64,000 nucleotides of DNA, taken from NCBI GenBank assembly GCA_963800515.1, contig CAWDBC010000001.1, positions 310,010 to 374,009 of the forward strand, in the 5' to 3' direction. Of this stretch, positions 19,353-27,740 are shown one piece after another; within the stretch, counting starts at the first letter, position 1; each line of letters begins with the position of its first letter. Both the position numbers and the translations under genes were made by a program. The notes under the pieces were generated by a model. That model saw nothing but the letters and a program-made list of their open reading frames with translations. It made no database searches and was not told the DNA's origin. Source of the stretch: an uncultured Thermoleophilia bacterium. Lineage in GTDB: Bacteria > Actinomycetota > Thermoleophilia > Gaiellales > F1-60-MAGs149.

Positions 19353-20003
19353 CTACGGCTCCACGCTGGTCGAGCTCCAGGACGTGCTGACGGCCTCGAA
19401 CAGGACCGCCATGGCCATCGCCCCGGCGTCCACGGAGTCGGTGCTGCGCTCGCCCGTATAGGACGCGCGGCCGCGCTGGGCCAGCATGGTCTTCGTGTCC
19501 TCGGCCGCGCGGCGGGCGGTGCTCGCGGCCGTCTCGAGCGCCTCGGCAACCGGCCGCCCGGCCGAGAGCTCCCGCTCGAGCGCGTCGACGGCGGGCACGA
19601 GGGCGTCGAGGAGGGTCTTGTCGCCGACGTCGGAGCGTCCCCGCTGCTTGACGCCCTCGATCCCCGCGCGCAGGGCCGCGATCACGTCCTCCGCGTTCGG
19701 CGCCGGCTTGCCCGCGAGGCTCGTGCCCGCGCGGAGGAACGCCGTGCCCCAGAGCGGGCCCGAGGTGCCGCCGATGCGCGAGGAGAGGACGCCCGCCGTC
19801 TTCTTGAGCAGGCCGGAGACGTCGTCGTAGGCGAGCTCGTCCCACCCCTCGAGCAGGCGGGAGAAGCCACGCGCGAGGGAGTAGCCGAAGTCGCCGTCGC
19901 CGACCACCGCGTCGAGGTCGGAGAAGTACTGCTCGTTGTCGAGCGACGTCTGGGCGATCGTCCGCACCAGACGCTCGGCGTCGGGGAGAGCAGAGCCGGT
20001 CAT
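19353..20003 (-). CDS. dhaL: Dihydroxyacetone kinase, DhaL (ADP-binding) subunit
   Basis: 216 aa. Motifs 'DAVVGDGDFG', 'GGTSGPLWG' and 'DKTLLDAL' are present. The ATG overlaps the HAD gene stop (ATGA). Confidence 0.9.
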   Translation of the reverse strand: MTGSALPDAERLVRTIAQTSLDNEQYFSDLDAVVGDGDFGYSLARGFSRLLEGWDELAYDDVSGLLKKTAGVLSSRIGGTSGPLWGTAFLRAGTSLAGKPAPNAEDVIAALRAGIEGVKQRGRSDVGDKTLLDALVPAVDALERELSAGRPVAEALETAASTARRAAEDTKTMLAQRGRASYTGERSTDSVDAGAMAMAVLFEAVSTSWSSTSVEP

Positions 20004-20788
20004 GTGGCCTCCTGGGGGATCGGGGCCTGCAGGCACGCCCGCAGGTCGTCGAGGGTGATGCGCTCACCCGGGCGCGCCGGACTGCGGTTGGCCAGCACGC
20101 GCGTCGGCTCGCCGGGGTCGCCCAGGCTCGAGACGACGAGGACCGCCTCGCCGAAGTCCTCCTCGCTGGTGTAGCTCGAGACGGTGACCAGGCAGCGTAG
20201 GCCGGCGCCCACGGCGGCCAGCATCCCGTTCCGCGAGTCCTCGATGGCCAGCGTGTCGTCGGGGTCGGCGCCGGTGCGCTCGATCGCGAGCCGGTAGATC
20301 CCGGGGTCGGGCTTCTTCGCCGGCACGACGTCGCCCGCGAAGACCTCGATCTGCGCCGCCGCCGCCGGTCCGGCCGCGTGCTCGAGCACGGCCCGCACGG
20401 ACTCCTCGGCCGAGGTCGAGGCGACGGCGACGGTCCAACCGGCGGCCAGGGCATCCTCGATGATCCGGGCGATCCCGGGCCGGCCCGGCATCACGCCCGC
20501 CGCCACGAGCTCCGTGTACGTCGCCGTCTTGCGCTTGTGCCAGCGCGCGAGGAGCTCCTTCTGCCCCTCCGCGTCGGCGGGCAGGCCGTGCTCGCGGACG
20601 AACTGCCCGGTGAGGAGCGAGCCCATCCGCTCCTTGCCGCCGCCGATCCTGAGCTTCTCGGCGTACTCGTCCTCCGTCCAGCGGACCGGCAGGCCCTCGG
20701 CCTCGAACGTCCGGTTGAAGGCCGGCAGATGGCCGAAGCGCTCGGTGTCGGCGAGCACACCGTCGCAGTCGAAGATCAGCGTCGTCAT
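20000..20788 (-). CDS. HAD-superfamily phosphatase (CbbY-like)
   Basis: 262 aa. It has the motif I 'LIFDCDGVLADTE' and the later 'KKPDPGIY' and 'EDSRNG'. It overlaps the aldolase stop by 4 nt. Confidence 0.85.
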   Translation of the reverse strand: MTTLIFDCDGVLADTERFGHLPAFNRTFEAEGLPVRWTEDEYAEKLRIGGGKERMGSLLTGQFVREHGLPADAEGQKELLARWHKRKTATYTELVAAGVMPGRPGIARIIEDALAAGWTVAVASTSAEESVRAVLEHAAGPAAAAQIEVFAGDVVPAKKPDPGIYRLAIERTGADPDDTLAIEDSRNGMLAAVGAGLRCLVTVSSYTSEEDFGEAVLVVSSLGDPGEPTRVLANRSPARPGERITLDDLRACLQAPIPQEAT

Positions 20789-21666
20789 CGCGGCAGGGAG
20801 GCGGTGCTGTCGCTGGAGGCCTTGCCGACGGAGCCGAAGATCCTGATGTGGGCGTCGGCCATCGCGATCACCGCCTCCCGGACGTGGGCGAAGAGGGACG
20901 GCGGATCGTGCTTGCCCGGGGTGGAGTCCAGGTACTCGCGGTGGGCGTCGATGAAGGCGATCTTGAGCGCCGTGGAGATGTTCACCTTGGCGCACCCGCG
21001 CGAGATGCAGTCCTCGAACTGCGCCTCCGTGAGCCCCGTGCCGCCGTGGAGGACCATCGGGATCGGCTGCAGGGCGACGAGCTCGGACACCCGCTCCGGC
21101 ATCAGGTGCGGCTCACCCGCGTACAGGCCGTGGGCGGTCCCGACGGCGGGCGCGAAGGCGTCGACGCCGGTCGCCTCGATGAAGCGGCTGGAGACCTCGA
21201 TCGGGTGGATGTCCCCGGCGTCGTCGGAGCCGACCCCGTCCTCCACCCCCTTCACGCTCTCGATCTCGCCCTCCACCTGGACCCCGTGCTCGTGCGCCTC
21301 GGCGACCACCTCGGTCGTCTGCCGCGTGTTCTCGGCGACGTCGAGGTGGGATCCGTCGAAGAGAACGGAGCTCCATCCGGTCGCGATGCACGTGGTCACC
21401 CATTCGCGATCCGGGCAGTGATCGAGGTGGAGGGCGACCGGGACGTCCACCTCCTCCGCTCGGGACCGGACCTGGTCGAAGAGCGGCTTCGCCCCGACCT
21501 GCTTGACCGTCTTCAGCGAGGTCTGGAGGATCACGGGCGACTCCAGGTGCGCGGCGGCCGCGATCACGGCCTCGATCGTGAGGTCGTTGACGATGTTGAT
21601 CGCCGCGACCCCGTAGCGCTCGCGGAAGGCCGGTTCGAGGATCTCCTTCAACGGGACGAGCGGCAC
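20785..21666 (-). CDS. Class II fructose/tagatose-bisphosphate aldolase family protein
   Basis: 293 aa starting at GTG, with RBS ggaaggaggag. Motifs 'LHLDHC', 'VEGEIE', 'FAPAVGTAHGLY' and 'VLHGGTG' are present. Confidence 0.88.
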   Translation of the reverse strand: MPLVPLKEILEPAFRERYGVAAINIVNDLTIEAVIAAAAHLESPVILQTSLKTVKQVGAKPLFDQVRSRAEEVDVPVALHLDHCPDREWVTTCIATGWSSVLFDGSHLDVAENTRQTTEVVAEAHEHGVQVEGEIESVKGVEDGVGSDDAGDIHPIEVSSRFIEATGVDAFAPAVGTAHGLYAGEPHLMPERVSELVALQPIPMVLHGGTGLTEAQFEDCISRGCAKVNISTALKIAFIDAHREYLDSTPGKHDPPSLFAHVREAVIAMADAHIRIFGSVGKASSDSTASLPR

Positions 21667-21876
21667 CTAGCTCCTCCTTCCCCCGCCGGACGTCCGCCTC
21701 AGCACGCGCGTCATCGAGTCCACGGAACGCCCCCTTCCTGGGTCCCTCGTCGAGGCACCCGTCGGCCTGGATCGGTCCTCAGCCCCTGCTCCCCCCTCGC
21801 CTCGCGCCCCAAACAGGGAGCGCGGAGGCTCGCTCGTCGCGTCCCCCACCATCCGAGCTCGGCGCGGCACGGCACC

Positions 21877-22434
21877 TCACCGGCGCGGAGGCGCGGACGC
21901 CGGCGGCAGCTCCGGGCGCCAGCCCGTCTCGACCACGGAGTCCACGCGCGCCCGGTAGGAGGCGCCCCGCATGTCCTGCTCGGCGGGCCAGGCCTCGAGC
22001 GCACGCCGCTCGAACGCATCGAACTCCCCGATCACGCGGGCCGGAGATCCCCCGGCGATGGCTCCGCTCGGGATCGACCGCGTCACGACCGATCCGGCGC
22101 CGACGATGGCGCGGTCCCCGATCCGCACGCCGGGGAGGAGGATGGAGCCGACGCCGATGAACACGTCGTCGCCGATCGCGATGCCGGCGTAGCGGAAGCG
22201 GCGCCCGCGGTCGTCACGCACGAGCCAGCCCGACCCGTCGTGGGTGACGAGGTGCACCCCCTGGGTGATCGTGACCCTGTCGCCGACGGTGACGAGCCAC
22301 GGCTCGCCCGACACCCGGAAGGAGAGGATGCGGCACCCCTCGCCGATCACCGCTCCCGTGCGTCGCGCCGCCCGGGCGCCGCCGAGCGCGCGGGAGGCGA
22401 TCGCCCAGCGGATCTCGTCGGGGACCAGTGCCAC
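21877..22434 (-). CDS. Left-handed beta-helix (hexapeptide-repeat) acyl/acetyltransferase
   Basis: 185 aa with hexapeptide repeats, e.g. 'IGDDVFIGVGSILLPGVRIGDRAIVGAGSVV'. Confidence 0.8.
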   Translation of the reverse strand: MALVPDEIRWAIASRALGGARAARRTGAVIGEGCRILSFRVSGEPWLVTVGDRVTITQGVHLVTHDGSGWLVRDDRGRRFRYAGIAIGDDVFIGVGSILLPGVRIGDRAIVGAGSVVTRSIPSGAIAGGSPARVIGEFDAFERRALEAWPAEQDMRGASYRARVDSVVETGWRPELPPASAPPRR

Positions 22435-22549
22435 CGGTTCAGCCTACCCCGCCGCGGGCGCCGCGTCGTGCGCTCCCGGACGGCTCGCCGCGCTCCGTCC
22501 GCCCCGGAGCGGATGTCGGTCGACGGTCGAGGCGGGCACCGGCACCTCC

Positions 22550-23269
22550 TCAGCGATCCGTCATGCGGTAGACGGTGACCTCGGGGGCCCGCTCCTCCAG
22601 GTGGCGGTACACCACGTCGCCCCGCTCCCGCGAGACCACGCCCGTCGTCGTGAAGATCCGGAGCCATTCACCGGCCGCCGGCTCGTGCTCGAGCGGCGTC
22701 GCGTCGCCCGTCGCGAGCCTCCGCCCGAGGGCGGCGGCCGGCACCCGCAGCGAGGCCGGCCGGCCGGCGTCCGGCGGCCGGGCGACGAGCACCTCGTCGA
22801 ACGCCTCGGCGGCTCCCCAGGCCGGAACCGGATCGGCGCCGGCACGACGGGCGAAGACCACCAGGTTGCCGCGAGCGAAGAGCGCCACGGCCTCGCCGGC
22901 GCCCCCGAAGGCCACGTCGCCGAGCCGGCTCTCCGGACGCCGCGCCACCTCCGGCGACTCGAACTGCTCGAGGACCGCGACGAGGGTCGCGTGGGCGTCC
23001 TCGCGGCTCGGCGCCTCCCAGGTGTCGACCGCCAGCAGCGCCTCGGCTCCGCCATCCGCGCGGCGCCAGATCGAGCGCGTGCCCGGGGGCCACGAGGGGT
23101 GGTCCAGCCGCCGGCCGGCGTGCCGCGTGAAGCCGGCCAGCGCGAGCGCGGAGGGGGTGAAGCCGGCGACGTAGAGCTCGCTCGGGAGGTGGTTCGCCCC
23201 GCTCCAGGCGGCGAAGTCGTGCCGGGCGGCGACGGCGCGCCAGCGGAGGGAGCGGTCGAGCCCGCTCAT
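22550..23269 (-). CDS. Hypothetical protein (239 aa), last gene coupled to the NRPS operon
   Basis: The last 239 codons of track ORF 22550..25240 form the gene. The ATG overlaps the upstream stop (ATGA at 23266-69). GC3 is high. I recognised no motif. Confidence 0.6.
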   Translation of the reverse strand: MSGLDRSLRWRAVAARHDFAAWSGANHLPSELYVAGFTPSALALAGFTRHAGRRLDHPSWPPGTRSIWRRADGGAEALLAVDTWEAPSREDAHATLVAVLEQFESPEVARRPESRLGDVAFGGAGEAVALFARGNLVVFARRAGADPVPAWGAAEAFDEVLVARPPDAGRPASLRVPAAALGRRLATGDATPLEHEPAAGEWLRIFTTTGVVSRERGDVVYRHLEERAPEVTVYRMTDR

Positions 23270-24507
23270 GTGACGAACCGTCGCTGTCGGGTGCTCGGTT
23301 GCGGGGCGCACTTCACGCGGCCCGCGGGATCGGCGAGGAGGTCGCGGTAGCCCCCCTCGCCGGGGAGGCCGAAGCGCAGGTCGGCCGGCAGCAACGGGAC
23401 GTGCGGGTCGGCCGTCGGGTCGGGGTCGCCATCGATCAGCAGGCACGCGTCGTAGACGGCATCGTCGGCGCCGCACGCCCCCGTCCAGGCGACCTCGTGG
23501 TAGTTGAAGCCGATCCAGCCGCACGGCGTGCGCCAGTCGGCCGACCCGATCGCCACGATCTCGTTGACCGTGAACGGGTCGAGCACGCCCGTCGGTCCGA
23601 GCGTCCACATCGTCGACTGCCAGAGGTCGCAGCCGAGCGCGTTGGCGAAGGTCGAGACGATCGTGGCGCAGTCGGTGCAGTTCAGGAAGCGGCCGTTGCC
23701 GAGACCGCCCCGCAGACGATCGAGGAACGCGGTGCAGTCGAAGACGGGGCTCGAGTACTGCGTGGCGGCGAGGATCGGGCAGCCGTACTCGAAGAGGTCC
23801 GGCCCGAGGTCGAACACGGCCTGGGTGACACGCGTCGCCGCGGCCTCCGAGGTGGTCGATCCCTCGGCCCACCGGCAGGCGTGGTCGAGCACCGCGGTCC
23901 AGGGGAGCTGGGTGTTCGCCGGGTCGCCGGTGCCGGCGACCCACGGCCCCGTCGGGCGATCGAGCAGGAGGTAGACACGATGGGCCGTCGTCCCGACGTC
24001 GACCCAGTCGTCGCCCGGGTCCGCCCGCCATTGCCAGCGCCAGGCGATGTCCTGAACCCCCACCCCACGCTCCGCGAGCGGACCGGGCGGCTCCAGGCCC
24101 ATGCGGAGGGTCGCGACGTCGGCGGCGGCCGGCGCCGGGGGGAAGGCGACGGGCGCGACAGCGACATCGCCGAGGACGTTGCCCGAGCGGGCGAGCAGCG
24201 CGGCGGCGGAGGCGGCGTCCACCCCCAGCGTCTCGAGCTCCAGGCGCAGGGGGTCGACCGCCCGGAGCTCTCCGTCGCCGGCCGCGGCCGTCCGCCCGAC
24301 CTGGACGACGAGCACGGGCGCCACGAGGCGGGCCGCCGCGTAGGCCGCGGGCGCGTCCTCCGGACCGATCGTCGCGTCGCGGCGCCACTCCGGGACGACG
24401 ACCGGGGTGGCGTCGTCCCGGCGGATCGGGAGCGCGCTGATCGACGGATCGGCCGGTGCGTGCGCGAACGCGATCGACTCGAGCCGGACGGGCGCGGCCA
24501 CCGTCAC
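23266..24507 (-). CDS. Cys-rich protein with transglutaminase-core-like Cys/His/Asp arrangement
   Basis: 413 aa. The ATG overlaps the NRPS3 stop. 'LNCTDCATIVSTFANALGCDLW' aligns by eye to the TGase-core block G-x-C-x-D-F-A...A-L-G-I-P-A-R. 'FNYHEVAW' follows 60 aa later, then 'AVYDAC' 16 aa after that. Confidence 0.6.
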   Translation of the reverse strand: MTVAAPVRLESIAFAHAPADPSISALPIRRDDATPVVVPEWRRDATIGPEDAPAAYAAARLVAPVLVVQVGRTAAAGDGELRAVDPLRLELETLGVDAASAAALLARSGNVLGDVAVAPVAFPPAPAAADVATLRMGLEPPGPLAERGVGVQDIAWRWQWRADPGDDWVDVGTTAHRVYLLLDRPTGPWVAGTGDPANTQLPWTAVLDHACRWAEGSTTSEAAATRVTQAVFDLGPDLFEYGCPILAATQYSSPVFDCTAFLDRLRGGLGNGRFLNCTDCATIVSTFANALGCDLWQSTMWTLGPTGVLDPFTVNEIVAIGSADWRTPCGWIGFNYHEVAWTGACGADDAVYDACLLIDGDPDPTADPHVPLLPADLRFGLPGEGGYRDLLADPAGRVKCAPQPSTRQRRFVT

Positions 24508-27500
24508 GCCTCGCCGCCGGCGGCCACGGAGGCGGTCCCGATCGCCGGATCGTCGGGCATCGCCGCGATCCGGAGCACGATCGCCGCGGTCTCCTCCGCG
24601 CCCGCCCCGCCCGCGGATGCGAGCGCGTCGGCGAACCGGGCGGCCGTCGGCGCCTCGAACAGGAGGCGGACGGGGACGTCCATCCCGAGCAGCCGGCGGA
24701 CGCGGGCGACGACGCCCATGGCGAGCAGCGAGTGTCCGCCGAGATCGGCGAAGAAGTCGTCGTCGAGATCGAGCGTCTCGACCTCCAGCATCTCTTCCCA
24801 GAGCTCGGCGACGAGCCGCTCGAGCGCCGTCCGCGGCTCCCGCAGCGGCCGGGCCGGACCGCTGGCCCCGGCGAGGTCGGGAAGCGCGGTCCGGTCCACC
24901 TTGCCGCTCGGCGTGGTCGGCAGCGACGGGAGCCCGACGAGTCGCGCCGGACGGGCGTGGGCCGGCAGGCGCGCCGCGAGGAACGACTGGACGGAGGCGA
25001 GCGACCCCGGCGCGGGACCCGTGAGGAAGCCGACGAGGATCGGCTCGCCGCCCGGTCCGGGACGCGCGACGACGACGGCGTCCCGCACGGCGGGGTGCTG
25101 GAGGAGGGTCGCCTCCACCTCGCCGGGCTCGACGCGGAAGCCGCGCACCTTGAGCTGGTGGTCACGGCGGCCGACGAGCTCCAGGCGCCCGTCCCGCCGA
25201 CGCCGGGCGAGGTCGCCGGTGCGCGATGCGAGCCGGCCACCGCCCGGGCGGAAGGGGTCGGCGACGAAGCCGGCGCCGCCCGCCGCGTACGTGCCGAGGT
25301 AGCCGCGCGCCACCCCGGCCCCGCCGACGAGGAGCTCGCCCACGGTCCCCCGCGGCACCGGCTGCAGGCGTTCGTCGACGACGTAGGCCTGGACGTTCGC
25401 GATCGGCTCCCCGATCGGCACCTGGCCCGCGCCGGCGTCCTCGTCTTGCGTCGCGTCGTACCAGGTGGCGTCCCACACCTCGGAGGTGCCGAAGAGGTTG
25501 AAGAGCGCGGCTCCCGGAAGGCGGGCCCGGAAGCGCGCGGCCAGCCCGTGCGGCAACGGCTCGCCGCTGACGACCCAGAACCGGAGGCGCGGAGCCCGGG
25601 CGGCCGGGTTCGGGACCTCGAGGAGCCGGCGAAGCAGCGAGGGGACGAGCCAGATCCGGGTGACGTCGTGGGCGCCGAGGAGGGACAGCAGCCGCTCCGG
25701 GTCCCGCACGTCCTCGTCGCTCGCGATCACGCAGGGAACGCCCCGGAGCAACCCGCCGAGGAGCTCCCAGAGCGCGTCGACGAAGCCGAACGGCGTCTTC
25801 TGGCACGCCACCTCGCCGGGCGCGAAGGGATACGCCTCCCACATCCACTGAAGCCGGTTGAGCACCTGGCGCTGCTCGACGGCGACGCATTTCGGACGTC
25901 CGGTCGAGCCGGACGTCGCGATCACGTAGGCGAGCTGGTGGGGGGCAGCCGGCTCGATCGGGCCGGCGAGCGGGGATCCGTCCCCGTCGCTCAGGCCGAC
26001 GACCCGGACGTCGCCGCGCGTGAGCCGGCTCTGCGGCGAGGACGTCAGGAGGATGCGGGCGCCGCCGTCGGCGAGGGTGTCCTCGAGTCGCCGGGGCGGG
26101 TAGCCGGCGTCGAGGGGGAGGAAGGCCGCGCCCGTGTAGAGCACGCCGAGGACGGCGACCGGCACGAGCAGGGAGCGCGGGGCGTGGATGCCCACGACGA
26201 TCTCCGGCGCGGCGCCGGCGAGCCGCAGCCGGGCCGCCAGGCGGAGGGCGCGCGCACGGAGCTCGGCGTAGGTCAGCGACTCGGCGCCCGACACGAAGGC
26301 GACGGCGTCGGGCGTGGCCGCCGCCTGCCGCTCGAAGAGCTCGATCAGGGTCGTGTCCGGCCAGGAGCGATCGGTCGAGTTCGCCTCGACGACCTCCGCC
26401 TGCCACTCGTCGGCAGGCAGCAGTGGGAGCGCGGAGACGGGAAGGCTCGGGTCGGCCGCGATCCCGGCGAGCAGGACCTGGAACCGGCGGACGATCGCCG
26501 CGACCGTCTCCGGCTCGAAGAGCGCGGTGCGGTACTCGACCTGACCGTGCAGCCCGCCCCCGGACTGCCACATCGACCAGACGAGGTCGAGGGCGGCGGC
26601 GGCGCGTTCCCCCGCCGCGGTCGCGGCGCTGCCCGCGTCGAGCTCCTCCCCCGGCGCGTTGTAGAGGTGGAAGACGACGTCGAAGAGCGGGTTGCGCTCG
26701 TCCTGCCGCGGCGGCGCGAGACGGCGCACGATGCTGGCGAACGACGGCTCCTGGCGGGCGAACGCGTCGAGGGCGGCCTCCCGGACCCGCTCCAGGAGGA
26801 CGGTGAACGGTGGATCTCCGCGGAGGTCGCAGCGCAGGGCGAGCGTGTTCACGAAGAACCCGACGAGCTGCTCGAGCTCGGCGCGGTCGCGCCCGGCGGA
26901 GTACGTGCCGACGACGACGTCGTCCTGCGCGGCGTGGCGGCCGAGGAGCACCGCGAACGCGGCGAGAAGCGTCATGAACGGCGTGCAGCCGGCCGCCCGG
27001 CCGTGTGCGAGCACCGCCTCGGCGACGCCCGGGGGGATCGAGAAGGACGACACCCCGCCCGGCCCGCCGTGGCCGGGCGACCGGGGGTGGTCGGTCGGCA
27101 GCCCGAGCCGGGGCGCCCCATCCAGGGCGGACGCCCACCAGTCGAGCTGCTCGAGGACCTCGGCCTCGTCGGCCCGGTCGCGCTGCCAGGCCGCGAAGTC
27201 CGGATAGCCGATCGGGAGCGCCGGCAAGGCCGCCGGACGTCCGGTGGCTTGCGCCAGGTAGAAGGCGTCGAGGTCGCGGAAGAGGAGGCCGAGGGACCAG
27301 CCGTCGGCGACGATGTGGTGCATCGCCAGCGAGAGCACGGCGTCGGCGTCGCCGAGGACGAGCAGCGACGCGCGGAGCAGCGGGAGCCGCCGCAGGTCGA
27401 ACGGCGTCCGCGCCTCGGCGAGCGCCTGGCGATCGACCTCGGCGGCGCGGTCGTCCGGGGTCAGGGCACGCAGGTCGCGCAGCTCGAGCGGCACGTGGAG

Positions 27501-27740
27501 CGCGGGAGCGACGATCTGGACCGGCTGGCCCGCCTCCTCCTCCTCGTAGCGCGTCCGCAGCGATTCGTGCCGGACCACGAGGTCGTCGAGCGCCTGCTGG
27601 AGCACGGCCGGGTCGATGGGAGCGGAGAGACGGAGCGACGTGCGGACGACGAAGGCGGGATCGCCGGGAGCGAGCTGATCGAGGAACCAGAGCCGTTCCT
27701 GGGCGAAGGACAGCGGGAACGTGCTCGCCCCGGCGCTCAC
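24504..27740 (-). CDS. NRPS module 3: C-A-T, no release domain
   Basis: 1078 aa. The GTG start overlaps the NRPS2 stop (GTGA). Motifs seen: C3 'HHIVADGWS'; A3 'YVIATSGSTGRPK'; atypical A4 'FGFVDALWE'; atypical A5 'NLFGTSE'; A10 'PSGKVDR'; T 'DFFADLGGHSLL'. The stop lies 43 codons after the T-domain core. Confidence 0.9.
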   Translation of the reverse strand: MSAGASTFPLSFAQERLWFLDQLAPGDPAFVVRTSLRLSAPIDPAVLQQALDDLVVRHESLRTRYEEEEAGQPVQIVAPALHVPLELRDLRALTPDDRAAEVDRQALAEARTPFDLRRLPLLRASLLVLGDADAVLSLAMHHIVADGWSLGLLFRDLDAFYLAQATGRPAALPALPIGYPDFAAWQRDRADEAEVLEQLDWWASALDGAPRLGLPTDHPRSPGHGGPGGVSSFSIPPGVAEAVLAHGRAAGCTPFMTLLAAFAVLLGRHAAQDDVVVGTYSAGRDRAELEQLVGFFVNTLALRCDLRGDPPFTVLLERVREAALDAFARQEPSFASIVRRLAPPRQDERNPLFDVVFHLYNAPGEELDAGSAATAAGERAAAALDLVWSMWQSGGGLHGQVEYRTALFEPETVAAIVRRFQVLLAGIAADPSLPVSALPLLPADEWQAEVVEANSTDRSWPDTTLIELFERQAAATPDAVAFVSGAESLTYAELRARALRLAARLRLAGAAPEIVVGIHAPRSLLVPVAVLGVLYTGAAFLPLDAGYPPRRLEDTLADGGARILLTSSPQSRLTRGDVRVVGLSDGDGSPLAGPIEPAAPHQLAYVIATSGSTGRPKCVAVEQRQVLNRLQWMWEAYPFAPGEVACQKTPFGFVDALWELLGGLLRGVPCVIASDEDVRDPERLLSLLGAHDVTRIWLVPSLLRRLLEVPNPAARAPRLRFWVVSGEPLPHGLAARFRARLPGAALFNLFGTSEVWDATWYDATQDEDAGAGQVPIGEPIANVQAYVVDERLQPVPRGTVGELLVGGAGVARGYLGTYAAGGAGFVADPFRPGGGRLASRTGDLARRRRDGRLELVGRRDHQLKVRGFRVEPGEVEATLLQHPAVRDAVVVARPGPGGEPILVGFLTGPAPGSLASVQSFLAARLPAHARPARLVGLPSLPTTPSGKVDRTALPDLAGASGPARPLREPRTALERLVAELWEEMLEVETLDLDDDFFADLGGHSLLAMGVVARVRRLLGMDVPVRLLFEAPTAARFADALASAGGAGAEETAAIVLRIAAMPDDPAIGTASVAAGGEA

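Noticed and set aside
24504-24640. The possibility that a terminal thioesterase domain was lost through a frameshift at the end of NRPS3.
   Set aside because: The downstream sequence in all three frames shows no GxSxG/TE-like motifs. The next ORF begins exactly on the NRPS3 stop and encodes an unrelated Cys-rich protein. The T-domain end therefore looks native.
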